A stretch of DNA of 63,889 nt, filler included, from Octopus bimaculoides (GCF_001194135.2; 7 parts of 6 records of this genome joined end to end with filler, not necessarily neighbours in it), one strand, 5' to 3'; positions 37,946 through 51,908 are shown, numbered from the whole stretch's first letter. Made by a program: numbers and translations. The notes: a model not told the origin generated them from the letters alone.

Positions 37946-39170
37946 AACATATACATACAGAGAGAGAGACAGAGACAGACAGACAGACAGAGACAGACAG
38001 ACATACATAGACAGACAGACAGACAGAGACAGAAAGAGATACAGAGAGACATACGTATCTACAGGTTCAAAGAGGTTGTTAGGTTTAAAAAAATGGATAC
38101 ACATATATAAATGCAATCGTACTTTTTGGCAAGAACGGAAGCTAGCTACGAAGCCTTCCGATATTGGTGGATACGCTAAAAATAGCTTCCAAATGAGCGC
38201 CACACTAAATACTTCTTTTGAAAGTTCAAGAACACAGCAAATATCATTGATTTAGAAACATTATTATAGAAAAGCAGATAGAAAATTCATAACTACAGTG
38301 TTTTCACTGATAGCCATTTTTGTAGAGAACGCAAGTACAACTACGGTAGCAGCAGCAGCAAGAACAACAAACACAACAAAAACATCAAAATTACGTCAAC
38401 GTTAAAAGTGTGCTTGTTCTACAAATTTTTGCAGCTTGTATCTTGAATCGTTACCTTTCCCATAAAAATCTCCTTGGCGGAAATATGGGATATTCTGAAT
38501 GAAAGATATTGCACATTTATTGCTAGAAATATTGAGTAGTTGATCCTTCAAAAGGCATATACACGGAAAGGAAGAGGATAACTGTTTTAAAAAAACAAGG
38601 TAGTCTTAAATTGATTTTGTATTATACGTTAAGTATGATTCCGATATCTGTCTTTACTAAATTCTTGATCAAGTAAATCATTGAGGTGATTCTAGAAATC
38701 GCATGCAGTTTATGTAACACCTCAAAAAATCGTTATGAAATACAATGTCAATGCAGACTATTTTCTTCTAAGTGTATAAAATCTTCGAGCAGGCTATCAA
38801 GAAATATGATGCATGCACGCGCACAACNNNNNNNNNNNNNNNNNNNNNNNNNNNNNNNNNNNNNNNNNNNNNNNNNNNNNNNNNNNNNNNNNNNNNNNNN
38901 NNNNNNNNNNNNNNNNNNNNNNNNNNNNNNNNNNNNNNNNNNNNNNNNNNNNNNNNNNNNNNNNNNNNNNNNNNNNNNNNNNNNNNNNNNNNNNNNNNNN
39001 NNNNNNNNNNNNNNNNNNNNNNNNNNNNNNNNNNNNNNNNNNNNNNNNNNNNNNNNNNNNNNNNNNNNNNNNNNNNNNNNNNNNNNNNNNNNNNNNNNNN
39101 NNNNNNNNNNNNNNNNNNNNNNNNNNNNNNNNNNNNNNNNNNNNNNNNNNNNNNNNNNNNNNNNNNNNNN

Positions 39171-39203
<33 letters not shown>

Positions 39204-40030
39204 CATACATACATATATATATACATCTATATATATATATATATATATATGCGTTTATGTGTGTGTATATGTATGTATATATTTAAGTACTAAAATATTA
39301 TTTCTATTACTTTCGATTAAATAATTGAAAATTTCTATCTTTGATTTATGAAAGAATGTGAAAGAACTCAAGATATCTACTTTGCATGAAATAAACTGAA
39401 ATGTATATATTTCATGAAAGTTCTATAAATACATATCATTCATGAAATCATTTCAAGTATCTTAATTTATTTTAGCAACATGCTAAAACTTTTGATTTTC
39501 TCTCAAAATGTGCTCTTTTCATGAGAACCTTCATGTGAAGTCAATCAAAGATATTCAAGTACATTGCCATGAAGTTTAACCGGGCACAATTACCAGTATT
39601 ATGTTGAGCGATGTAATACATCCTTGTTGCTGTAAATACTGAATTTCCGCGTAAAGAAGAAACCACGAGAAACATCAGCGTAGATAATTAGAAATAAGAG
39701 CACAAGGCTGAATTTTGCATTATTCAGTTACATTCCAAGTTCAAACCACACGGTGTTGAAGTTTTTCCCATGCCCCAAGTTTAATATGTGTAAGTGCCAT
39801 ATTTGCACAATAATCGATCACACGTTTCTTCCATTCTATACACCAGAGAATGTGACCTTGTGCGTTCCACACTGGAAATCAATCTGATAACTACTTTTCA
39901 TACCAGTTCCTCCACTGCAGTGTAGCGTACACTAAAGAAGAATATGAAATGTAGTTATTTTAACTATCAGTCTTCCTTTACACCTTTACAATGGTTTCGC
40001 AACAAGAAAGGCAGTATCAGCAGCAGCAAC

Positions 40031-40086
<56 letters not shown>

Positions 40087-42084
40087 AAGTAGTAGTAGTA
40101 GTAGTGATGGTTGCTGCAAAAGCGGTATTAATGCTTATATTTGTAAAGTAGTATTCACAAACAAAATAGGGTTACAGAACCAGCACCTAATTTTCAATGT
40201 ATACTCGGCTAAAAACAATTATCTTTAGATATTCATGAAGATGTCGCTACGTGTCTTTTGTCTACTAGACATAGCCGTTACATTACTGTCAAAGCACTTT
40301 TTTACAACCTTGAAAAATTGAATGGATACATTACTGATTGTAGTTTTTAGGTATGGAGGTGAATTCTAGAAGATGAAGAAGGAATATCGTTGTTTGCCTT
40401 GACTATGGATACGAGGTTTCGTATGGTGGTTCAAAACGCATCATAGTGTAAATACAAGACAGATGATGCTTATTACCACATGGCCATGGTCAATACTGGT
40501 CAATACTCTCGTAGTGAAAAGAAAAAAGGATTTTTTTTGTCATACTTTTGCCCCATGTAAGGGACGATGCATTTACAGTTGCTATTATGTTATTGACGGG
40601 TTCACAAAACAAAAAAGTCGAGGACCTAAAAGCTAATGGTGAACAGAAATTTTGAAGGTAACGCGGTAGAACTCATTTCGTCGAAACCGTTTCGAGACAA
40701 GAAAGTGTTATAGAAAATAAATAAATAACCAAACAAATAAATAAATAAAACATGGATTTTCCCAACGGAAATGCATTTGATTATAAGTCTGGTCAGTCAG
40801 CGAGTACTTCGAATTAAACATGGTATAACAAACATAACTACTCGTAATCTCAACATTTTTAGGTCTATTTAACTCAACAAGAATGGATATGTGAGCAACC
40901 TGGAATGTTCTGTTAGACTGTCGACCTAACCAGTAACATTTGTTCGCCTTACTATCTCGCTATCAGAGAGCCAGAGATAATCATTGGCTTAAAGTGTATC
41001 ATGGGACCAATGGAATTATTTAAATATTTTCTTATATCTCTGTAAGGATGATTTATATTAAACGAGAATATTAAAGCTTATCGATGCTTTCATATATTAA
41101 TTCTGAAGGAAGATGTCCAATATATCTGTTATATGAAATATATCACTATTGGTTAATCAGTCTCCGCAATATATATCAACGAACACTTTGATCTCAATCG
41201 CAGGTGGCTGGCACAGATTTCGTTGATCGATCTATCATGCTTTGAACGCAATCATTTGATGCAACAAAATACTTTCCGTCTCCCAATGATTCTTTTTTTT
41301 TTTTTACATTTTTCATTTATTATTTGTGCACATCGATTAAATTATATCTATCTCTCTGTATTATCTATCCACTTACCTACATATTTAACTATATATTCAT
41401 ATATATGTAATAGCTGAGCTGCTTATTTTTATGTTCTTCTATCATATCTATCTGCATACTTACTTAACTACCCAAGGCGATCCTTCTTCTTCTCTATCTT
41501 TCTCTCTCGCTCTTCTTCTCTGTCCTTCTCTCTCTCTCTCTACACACACACACATACACACACACTAGCATGCATCTATATCACATCGGATGCTATATAA
41601 CAATTTACCAAATTATCTACATAACTATCTGTCCATCTATCCGTCTGTTACATCTCTCTCTCTCTTTCTTTTTCTCTCTTTCTCTCTCACATCTATTAGT
41701 CTTGTCTGTCTTTATATCTATCTAGCTGCCTACCTAGTGAACTAGCTACCTATCTGCGTATAAATCAGTTTAGTTATTTATATATTTTAATTTTACTTTA
41801 TAAGCCTATATGACAATAGGGCTGAGTGCTTTTCCACAAAACTCTTACTGCTACCGAATTGTAACTCTCAGGGACTTAGAAATCGGTAAATAAAATAAAA
41901 ACACTATACCATTTATTTTCTTGGTGACAGACAAATAAATCAGTACTATGAGGAATAGTTTATATATAATAAAACGAATGGATCAAATTAATATTCCTTC
42001 AATATTAATTTGATACGCATGCGTATACACACACACACACGCACACACACACACATATGTGTGTGTGTATATATATATATATAT

Positions 42085-42270
42085 ATAATCACATGTGAAT
42101 CGTTGGCGATTTTTTTCCTCTTGCTTCCTTTTCTCTTAGATTTTCCTCCGCCTCCTTTGCCCGAAACGTAAAACCACCTTTCTTTCCTTCTCTGAGCGAC
42201 TGTTTTTTTTTTTACTTGTGTTTGTTCTTCGTTTTTTGATTTTTTTGTTTTGGATTTACTATATATATAT
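42085..42270 (+). mobile_element. Hammerhead-family repeat with catalytic core deleted
   Basis: ATCGTTGGCGATTTTTT...CGAAACGTAAAACC...CTGAGCG shared with 7350-7470; flanked by (TA)n. Confidence 0.55.
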
Positions 42271-42271
42271 A

Positions 42272-43524
42272 TTGGGTCATCCCATAAGTAATGCCGTTTT
42301 TTATACTTCTATTACTGTTCAAGATTAAGATAAACAAAGTTCTTTCTTCGTTTAAAATATACTCACCTTTATTTCATACAATGTTCTTCCATCTNNNNNN
42401 NNNNNNNNNNNNNNNNNNNNNNNNNNNNNNNNNNNNNNNNNNNNNNNNNNNNNNNNNNNNNNNNNNNNNNNNNNNNNNNNNNNNNNNNNNNNNNNNNNNN
42501 NNNNNNNNNNNNNNNNNNNNNNNNNNNNNNNNNNNNNNNNNNNNNNNNNNNNNNNNNNNNNNNNNTGACGAAAAATACTCCCCCAGTACTGTTCTGACCT
42601 CGACTACCGAATTCATATTTTTTCCTTCCAAATGATTTTGAAGACTACAGAATGAATAATAATCAGATGGGGCAATGTCCGGCGAATATGATGGGTGGGG
42701 CATCGTTTCCCATTCACACTTTGAAACGTAATCCGTGCGGAAAGTGGCCAAGCATTATCCTGATGCAAGAACACCTTTCATCTTGAAACCAAAGATGGAT
42801 GTTTTTCTTCTAGTGCTGACTTAAGCCGCTGAAGCTGATCACAGTAGATTTCTCTGTTATCGTTTGGTTTGGGTTTAAAAGTTCAAAGTGGATTAAACCT
42901 TTCACATCCCACCAAAGATATAATAACACATTACGTGGGTGAAGACTTTCTTTAGCCTGGGATGCCTGTTTCTCCTTTCCCTACCCGCTATCTTCGGCAC
43001 TTACCATTTTTATGGAGAACCCATTTGCTGTCACCAGTCGCTATTCGGTTCAAAATAGATTCATTTATGGAGTCGTGACAGCAAAGAAGCGCATACATTC
43101 ACTCCTGCTCGCGATTACACTCGGAGGATTTGTGAAGAAGCCATTGGCACAACTTGCTGACCTTTCCGATGGTACGCAGGTATCAATGAATGGTTGACTG
43201 AGCAAATCCAAGCATCTCAGCTAGTTCCTCAACAGTTACGATGGGATTTTGTTCCACCAAGGTTTGCAGGACGTCTTCGTTGAGCCCTACAGATCCTCCG
43301 GGGCGAGGGTCGTTTACTAGGCTGCAGTTTTCGGCTCGGAATTCCTAGAAACACTATTGGCACTGGCGTACGCTTATTGATCGATCACCATATACTGAAT
43401 TAATATCCCTCACTCTTTCCGTTATAAAGCAAAATATGCCGAATATGCCCCTTTGCCACTTCCATTAAAGCTTTGCAAATACAACTGTTAAAATCGAACT
43501 GCACTTTTCAAAACTTGCACTAAG
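42272..43524 (-). mobile_element. Mariner (Tc1/mariner) transposon with decayed transposase
   Basis: Minus-strand motifs RIATGDSKWVL, WWDVKGLIHFELL, HQDNA and PHPSYSPDIAPSDY. Probable ATG at 43465. TA plus TIR TTGGGTCATCCCATAAGT at 42270-42290. Many stops and frameshifts; the right TIR falls in a gap. Confidence 0.9.
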
Positions 43525-46500
43525 ANNNNNNNNNNNNNNNNNNNNNNNNNNNNNNNNNNNNNNNNNNNNTTAATTAATTAANNNNNNNNNNNNNNNNNNN
43601 NNNNNNNNNNNNNNNNNNNNNNNNNAACGATGATGATGATATATACATATTTTATGGATGGTAAGCATCTCATAAAATGCAGCGATATCCAACTGTTTTT
43701 TGTTGCAAAGTTAAATAGCGAAAACCGGTTGGATATTGCTACATTTTATGAGACTCTTACCATCCATAAAATATGGATATATCATCATCATGATCAAAAT
43801 ATTTCTTTATAAAGAGATATTAAACTATGTGAAACAAAAGGCATTTCTCTTCCACTTATTATGTTTTCCACATATTTTCACTGTGCGTGCGTGCGTGCGT
43901 GTTTATATACACACACACATACACAACTGGCTTCTATAGTTTCCCTCTCCCAAATTCACTCAACAAGCATTGGTTGGCCTGGGGTTATCATTACAGAAGA
44001 TGCTTTGCTTCAAGTGCCACACAGTGGGACTGAACCCAAACCACATGGCTGCGAAGCTACCTTCTTAACCACACTGCTATGTCCACCTCTTATAGTAACT
44101 TTTATCTTTTTAAGCTTAGTAGATATTCTATCAGTTCCTTTTGCTAAACTGCTAAGTTACAGGGATGTAAATACAACAACACTGGTTGTCGAGCAGTGGT
44201 GGGGGACAAACACAGAAAAGACGACACACACTTCATCGGTCAAACCCACGCCCGCATAGTAAAACAGTTCTTAAATAATGATGATCTCACTCACTCACAC
44301 ACACAGAGAGGCTTCTATTTAGTTTCCATCTACCAAATCCACTCACAAAAGTTTTGGTCAGCCCAAGACTATAGTAGAAGACACTTGCGCAAGGTGCCAC
44401 GTGGTGGGGCTGAACCCAGAACCATGTGGCTGAGAAGTAAGCTTCTTACCACACCGACACGCCTGTACCTGTTTTCCTTTTTTTTTCTTCAATGAAGCTA
44501 CTTCCTCAACTGACTGGAAGTTTCTTTCATTTCAATGAAACTAGAATGAAACAACTTCTAATAATTGGTAACAGAATATTCTCTTAAGTTACAGTGCCAT
44601 AGACAAATTTACAAATTACTGTTTTGAAATTATACACAGAAAAGAAGGAGGGAGCATCTTTTGAGGGCTTTGTTATTTCTTGTTTGCTTTATTTTTTGGG
44701 GTTTTTTTTTTTTTTTTGTAAATTGGCATTAATGGCTAAGTTGCAGCATTATATCAACTTAACCTTTAAAGAGTTTCGTAAAAACAATATAAATAATAAA
44801 TATATGACTGACATTGTATATCATTGTCCTGAATGCCACTAACCATAGTTGCTGACATAAAAAAATTTAAAAAATCTGACATCCTCTTTAATGTTTTGTA
44901 AAGTTTCAATAAATAAAGATTTCAAAATAAATCTACAAACATTTTTATTTCATAAACAATTTCCTTTTTCTTTTTCTTGGAACCACATAGTTTACAAATG
45001 CTTTCAATTTTATTTGAAAGATCGACCAAAATAAATAAATANNNNNNNNNNNNNNNNNNNNNNNNNNNNNNNNNNNNNNNNNNNNNNNNNNNNNNNNNNN
45101 NNNNNNNNNNNNNNNNNNNNNNNNNNNNNNNNNNNNNNNNNNNNNNNNNNNNNNNNNNNNNNNNNNNNNNNNNNNNNNNNNNNNNNNNNNNNNNNNNNNN
45201 NNNNNNNNNNNNNNNNNNNNNNNNNNNNNNNNNNNNNNNNNNNNNNNNNNNNNNNNNNNNNNNNNNNNNNNNNNNNNNNNNNNNNNNNNNNNNNNNNNNN
45301 NNNNNNNNNNNNNNNNNNNNNNNNNNNNNNNNNNNNNNNNNNNNNNNNNNNNNNNNNNNNNNNNNNNNNNNNNNNNNNNNNNNNNNNNNNNNNNNNNNNN
45401 NNNNNNNNNNNNNNNNNNNNNNNNNNNNNNNNNNNNNNNNNNNNNNNNNNNNNNNNNNNNNNNNNNNNNNNNNNNNNNNNNNNNNNNNNNNNNNNNNNNN
45501 NNNNNNNNNNNNNNNNNNNNNNNNNNNNNNNNNNNNNNNNNNNNNNNNNNNNNNNNNNNNGGGTACATTGTTTGGGCCACCATGAATGAAGTTGTCATGA
45601 AGCATGTGAAGGGATGGAAGGGAGGTGGCTTTACAATAGCCGAGAGGTTGAAGTATGTAAAAAGGGGTCAGGTCAAAACAGGTTTCCTGTAAAGAGGGGG
45701 TGACTACAAAACTATTGACATTTTAGAAAAGGAGGTGGGAGTGCCCGGGGGGGGGGGATATCTGAAAGGAGATAAAACTAGGGGTGGTGAAGCATTTGTG
45801 TGAACCTTTAAGATATGAGGTCAATGGGGACTGAAGAACGGGGAGTGTGAATTAGGTGGAGGTTGCAAGTGTGGAGAATGGAGGTAGGTTACAACCGGAG
45901 GGGTGGAGGTAGTGAATGGTGGATAAGAAGTGGGAGATGACCCAAACAGGAGGTGACTGGCTTATTCCACACAGCTTTGAAAGGATGATGTAAGTGGACA
46001 TTTGCTGATAGGAGAAACTAGCCACACTGTCCACCACATTTCTCCTTTAGCACCAGCAAGCAATAGCAGAGGTAAACAAACACATACATACAACATACAC
46101 AACAATATTCTTTCAGCTTATGACTACCAAATCTACTCACAGAGCTTTGGTTAGCCCAGGGTTGTAAAAGATGCCAAAGGATGCTGCACAGTGCAAATGA
46201 ACCTGAAACCATGTGATTGGGAAGCAAACATCTTATACATCCATGCCTGTACCTTTGTACACACACACTGAGTCTTGATAGGACCAACCGCTTTCTTATT
46301 CCATCTCTCAATTAGTCTTCCATCTTAATTATTCATTAAGTGAGACACCCACAAATAAACAAATGATTCTATAGCAATCCCAAAAGTGTGCAGCGACTTA
46401 ACATATTCACAAACCACATATAAAGAAGACATTATTAGCTCACCAACCTGACAACTGCACCTTGGATAAATCGGATTTAAAAGGTTTATTTTTTTTAAAT

Positions 46501-46782
46501 ATGCACTGCAGTGTTAAAATAGTAAATGAACAAGTTGAACTGGTATTAAAAGATTAGATCTAATATGTCTAAAAGTATATTTAACTTTCAGCCAAATTAC
46601 ATACATGAAAATGACAGCAAAGCTAAGTCTAAATCCTTCATTAGTTAAGCTATATAAACAAACAAAATGTAAAATTTATAACCAGTTCTTTTGTATGACT
46701 ATCATTTCTAGTTGTGCCTTTAGGCTTTCTTTTCAGTTTTAGATCCTAAGTTAAGTATCAGCTAAATTTTTAGATACATCTG

Positions 46783-47660
46783 TTAACTCTTTATACACCA
46801 AACTACTTGAAATCACCTCTGGTTCTATGCTGCAAACTTTCTTTTTAACCCATTTGATAACCTACCTGAGATGACACCTGGTTCTATGATGCAAACTTTC
46901 TTTTTAACCCATTTGATAACCCACCTGAGATGACACCTGGTTCTATGATGCAAACNNNNNNNNNNTAACTCTTTATACACCAAACTACTTGAAATCACCT
47001 CTGGTTCTATGATGCAAACTTTCTTTTTAACCCATTTGATAACCCACCTGAGATGACACCTGGTTCTATGATGCAAACTTTCTTTTTAACCCATTTGATA
47101 ACCCACCTGAGATGACACCTGGTTCTATGATGCAAACATTTTTTTTAACCCATTTGATAACCCACCTGAGATGACACCTGGTTCTATGATGCAAACATTT
47201 TTTAAAACCCATTTGATAACCCACCTGAGATGATACCTGGTTCTATGATGCAAACTTTCTTTTTAACCCATTTGATAACCCACCTGAGATGACACCTGGT
47301 TCTATGATGCAAACTTTCTTTTTAACCCATTTGATAACCCACCTGAGATGACACCTGGTTCTATGATGCAAACTTTCTTTTTAACCCATNNNNNNNNNNN
47401 NNNNNNNNNNNNNNNNNNNNNNNNNNNNNNNNNNNNNNNNNNNNNNNNNNNNNNNNNNNNNNNNNNNNNNNNNNNNNNNNNNNNNNNNNNNNNNCCATTT
47501 GATAACCCACCTGAGATGACACCTGGTTCTATGATGCAAACTTTCTTTTTGAGCCATTTGATAACCTACCTGAGATGACACCTGGTTCTATGATGCAAAC
47601 TTTCTTTTTAACCCATTTGATAATCCACCTGAGATGACACCTGGCTCTATGGCATAAGCT
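46783..47660. repeat. 59-bp tandem satellite (~14 units)
   Basis: Unit TTAACCCATTTGATAACCCACCTGAGATGACACCTGGTTCTATGATGCAAACTTTCTTT. Period confirmed by recurrences at 47029 and 47088. Confidence 0.95.
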
Positions 47661-48593
47661 TCCTCTTTAATTCTTTTGATGCCAACCTGTCTTATATCAA
47701 CCCTGGTTCTGTGATACTTCTTGACATTACTTGATGGAAGAAGCAAGTGTCACCATCAAATAAGCAGTGCTGTTCATTTCCAATCTCCTATGAAAACATG
47801 TCTGGTCGTGGGGAAATATTACTTTGCTGGGAAAATGGAAGGACATCCAGCTGTAGAAAATCTCCCAGAGTGAATTCTGTCCAACACATGCAAGCATGGA
47901 AAGGTGATGTTAAAATAATGATATAAAATATATATCTCCTTATTCTATATCAACATCCATGTTCCATACTGGCATGAGTTGGATGGCTTGACAGGAAACA
48001 TCAGATTCAAGGAATGCTTCATGCTCCAGTGCCTATTTTGGCATGGTTGCTATTGGCTGGCTGTCCTTCCTAATGCCCACACACATATATACATACAAAT
48101 GTGTGTGTTTGTGTGTGCAACACCCTAACCTAGTGGTTAAAGTGTTGGATTCAGGATCACTAGATCAAGGATTTGATTCCCAGACTGGGTGACATCATGC
48201 TCTTGAGCAAGACACTCCATTTCACTTTCCCCTAGTTCATTCAGGTGAAAAAAATGAGTAACTTTGTGATGGAATGAATAGCCTTTCAACCAGGGCAATA
48301 TTGGCCTGCTTGCCTTAGCCAGCAAGGAAGCTTTTCACTTGAAAGATAAAACAATGCAAAGCACATCATGACCAGCGATGTGTGACAACATTTGAAGTCT
48401 GGTCGATACCATGGTGTGTGTATGTGTGTACATATACTAAAATATATAAACATATTTTATTTCGATATTACTACTTCGTAATGTCAGAATACCTGTGTAC
48501 ACAACATGGACCTGATACTAAATTATTAAATAATAATTTTCTAATTTATAGATCAGTGACCAGTTGTCACTTTGAAAATTATATATTTTGAAC

Positions 48594-48710
48594 GGGAATT
48601 TGGCAGCACCACCTCAAGCCGAACAATTATTCTGTGCTGATGAAGGGAAATAACCTGGAAATCGCAATGCACAGATATTGTTTTGAGCTGAGTGGGGGTG
48701 CTAGATTCCC
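48594..48710 (+). ncRNA. Type I hammerhead motif with ~40-bp extended stem I (fossil)
   Basis: TCTGTG-CTGATGA-A-GGG[AAATAA]CCT-G-GAAA-TCGCAAT-G-CACAGA. Flanks pair further (GAACAAT/ATTGTTT, GGGAATTTGGCA/TGCTAGATTCCC). Confidence 0.65.
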
Positions 48711-49215
48711 TTGTTTGAAAATATAAGGACACAGATCGTGTCATATAGCCAGCTGGAGACGTTGTCTATTCGTCCTAAACCAGGACTGCCATGTTATGTT
48801 GGCAAATAATCTTTACTCTAAAGTACTGTTGCTGAAGATCTCTCGTTGTGAGATTTATAAATAGTAATTTTCTAAAGTAAAAAAGCAATTGAGTTAAATT
48901 TCAATAAAAGCAATGACAGAGACCTGACCGGCTACTACCAGTTTATGCCAGTCACCACAGGACCTCAGGTGTTCTCTGGCCCTGCACTGCTGGTTTTCTT
49001 TGCAGAATTTGGATAACTGCAGCCTGTCAGAGAAATGAGCCTCACAGGAAAGTGTAGGTGTTGCAATGAGTGTCACTAGCCATTCTCCAAAGCAATGCTT
49101 ATGCAATCATGTCTATAAAGTGTGACTAGACACACCATTTGTTCTGGGGTGTTACAACCTGTTACTCCCTCCCTCCCATTTTCTGCCATTTAATTCCCAC
49201 TTTTCCTTTTGCATT

Positions 49216-49229
49216 GTTTCCATGGTGAC
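49216..49229. promoter_or_regulatory. RFX X-box-like motif
   Basis: GTTTCCATGGTGAC matches the palindromic GTNNCCATGGNAAC consensus, in unique sequence. Confidence 0.35.
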
Positions 49230-49414
49230 GAAGTTGTGAGCTTTTTCTTAGTAAACTTTGTTTTATACTTTTTATGTTTTTTTTTAAATTTTTTCTTCCA
49301 ATATAAAAAGCATTAATTTAAACTTGAACACAGCATTAAAGAAATATTTTTTTTTTTAATATTTTTTTTTTTGTTTGAAAGAAATATATTTAGATCCTGC
49401 TTGTAAAACTGACT

Positions 49415-49446
<32 letters not shown>

Positions 49447-50279
49447 TCATACGTTGAGAAATATTTAAAGCCCACATGCAAACTGCGAGAATTTGTCAAG
49501 AAAATCTAACTTTAGTATTTACATTAAAACATTAAATGCTGAAAAAAAAAAGAAAAGAAAAAAGTCCCATAAGGTGCAAGGTGTGTCTTCCCAAGAGTAA
49601 AATACTATTTTTAAAATATGCTAAATATTTTCAACACCGGTTCGTTATTTTTAGTTTGTATCTTGGCTATTAATTTCACAAGAGTAGAGAAAAAGAAAAA
49701 AAAACACTATTAAACTGCGCTTGTTTTTCGGTCAACAACTGTAGTCTGTGATTATTGTTCTATTTTCACCTAACAACAACAAAAAAAATTATAATTAAAA
49801 GACTGAAGTTGAGTGTAATTGATATGTTGTAAGCAGAGCATCTTATTAAAAAAAAAAAAAAGAAACAAAAAAAAGATAGAAAGAGAGAGAAAAGCAATGA
49901 AATTAGACACTTTCTTCAATTGCTAATCAGAAGACATACAATGCATATCACTAAGAGATATTTATGTTTCATTAACAGTGAAAGTATTTACTGCATTACC
50001 AAAGATTGTTATTAGACAAAGTTACCTTAGTTCAATTGCTAGCGTTTCATCAAATGAGTAAGCAGGTTGATTTAGAACAATTTAAACTGTAACATTAAAG
50101 AGTCATTCCTGTTCTATTTGTTACTGTTGTTGCTACGGAACCTGAACGGCAAATATACTCTCTAGAATCTAAGAATAATGAAAGTACACAAGTGAAATTC
50201 GTTGGGGAATTTCTTAAAGAAGTTCACCTAATCTACAACAAAGATTTGGATTAAGTACTGTGCCTCATTTTCCAATAAC

Positions 50280-50500
50280 ACTTTAGCATTTAATCCAGCC
50301 ATGCCCAACCGAAATATTCTACTTGTTATATGTTAAAACAGACCAGATCCAACCTCTTACACCAACCCATCAATGTCATTCTAACAATATACAAACACAC
50401 CATTGAAATCTTAAAGCTACGAGATAATACACAACGAATTCAAAACAATGTGAATAGAATAAGCATTACATTTGACAAAGAAATCTGAATGTTGAGTTAG
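50280..50500 (+). mobile_element. piggyBac-like MITE, degraded
   Basis: Colinear with 54644-54853 (AAATATTCTAC...AATGTCATTCT...TACATTTGACA...ATCTGAATG). Confidence 0.6.
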
Positions 50501-50799
50501 AAATTATCAGTTACAATAAAGTATAAAAATGTTGCTAAGTGAAGGCATATGGTCCTGTGGTTAGGGCAATCAGCCCACAATTCTAATGTTGCTGGTTCAA
50601 TTCTTGAACCAAGTGCTGTGTTGTGTCCTTGAGCAATGTACTTCATTACAGGTGGTTGCAGCCTGTCTACTAGACTGCAAAAGAGTAACCAGCTGATGTT
50701 TAGTGCAGCTTTCTCTCTTGCCAGCTGTCACGTTCTTAATGAACCGTTAGGTGACGAGTGGAAAGGTCACATGGATGTCTATATCTATGCATAAAAAGC

Positions 50800-51152
50800 C
50801 CCTGCGCTGGTGCCATGCAGGAAGCACCTGCACTGGTGCCATACAGGAAGCACCTGTGCTGGTGTCATGCAGGAAGCACCTGTGCTGGTGCCATGCAGGA
50901 AGCACGTGCGCTGGTGCCATGTAGGAAGCACCTGCACTGGTGCCATGCAGGAAGCACGTGCGCTGGTGCCATATAGGAAGCACCCTGTGCACTTTGTGAA
51001 GTGGTTGGCATTAGGAAAGGTCCTCAGCCACAGAAACCTTGCCAAAATTGACAATTGGAACCTGGTGCAACTCTGATTTGCCAGCTCTAGTCGAAACATC
51101 CAATCCATACGAGCATGAAAAATGGTCATTAAACGATGATGATGATGATGAT
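50800..51152 (+). mobile_element. Family D copy with internal 26-bp tandem expansion
   Basis: About 7 units of GCTGGTGCCATGCAGGAAGCACCTGT (50800-50990), then the family D 3' end and (GAT)n. Confidence 0.8.
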
Positions 51153-51689
51153 GACAACCACACAGGCATCTAAAGCAATTAGTAAAAGTCACCTGCAAAT
51201 GATGGCTAAGCTCTAGTTTCTCATATATTAATCAACCCTGTTGACCATTCCTGTTATAACCAATCTGTTGGTGTCATATTGCCATACACCATGATCAACC
51301 CCTGGACATCATTATCTTAGAGCCCCCAAGACTCGTAGGGCTGGCTACCCTGTTCCCATGGAGCATAAGTGACCAAAATCTCAACATTCTGCCTGAACAG
51401 GACACCAATCTGTTGCATGGTACCTCTTTTACAGCTGAGTGGACTGGACCAATGTGAAATGTGGTGTTTTGCCCAAAGTACACAGCACACTGCCCAGTCT
51501 GGGAATTGAAACCACAATCATGAATGCACACCTTCACTTAAGAATGTGCACCCCTGATACATTTAATTTAATATAAAGTATCACAAGAGGGTTTTAATTA
51601 CTCATCCTGCCCCCCCCCCTCTCCCCACTTTGATTATTAAACAAAAGACATGAAGGTCAAGCTTTACCTCACCCAAGTAGAACTTTGAC

Positions 51690-51908
51690 ACTCGTATTTG
51701 CATGTCTAATCCAACCGAAATATTCTACTCATTAATTGTCCAAACCGACCAAATCTAACCCCTCACACATAGCCTACAATGCCATTCTAAAACTAAGCAA
51801 TCATATCACTTAAATCTTGCAGCTACAAGATAATACGATTCATTCAAAACAATGTGAATAAAATAAGCATTAAATCTTCACAGAGGAATCTGAATGCCAA
51901 AGAGTTAA
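51690..51908 (+). mobile_element. piggyBac-like MITE, degraded
   Basis: Same body as 54644; ends GAATGCCAAAGAGTTAA. Confidence 0.6.

Noticed and set aside
45561-46020. G-rich segment resembling a retroelement fragment
   Set aside because: No RT or endonuclease motif recognisable in translation; left unclassified.
46783-47660. 59-bp array as a CRISPR array or repeat protein
   Set aside because: Units are head-to-tail with no unique spacers, and 59 is not divisible by 3.
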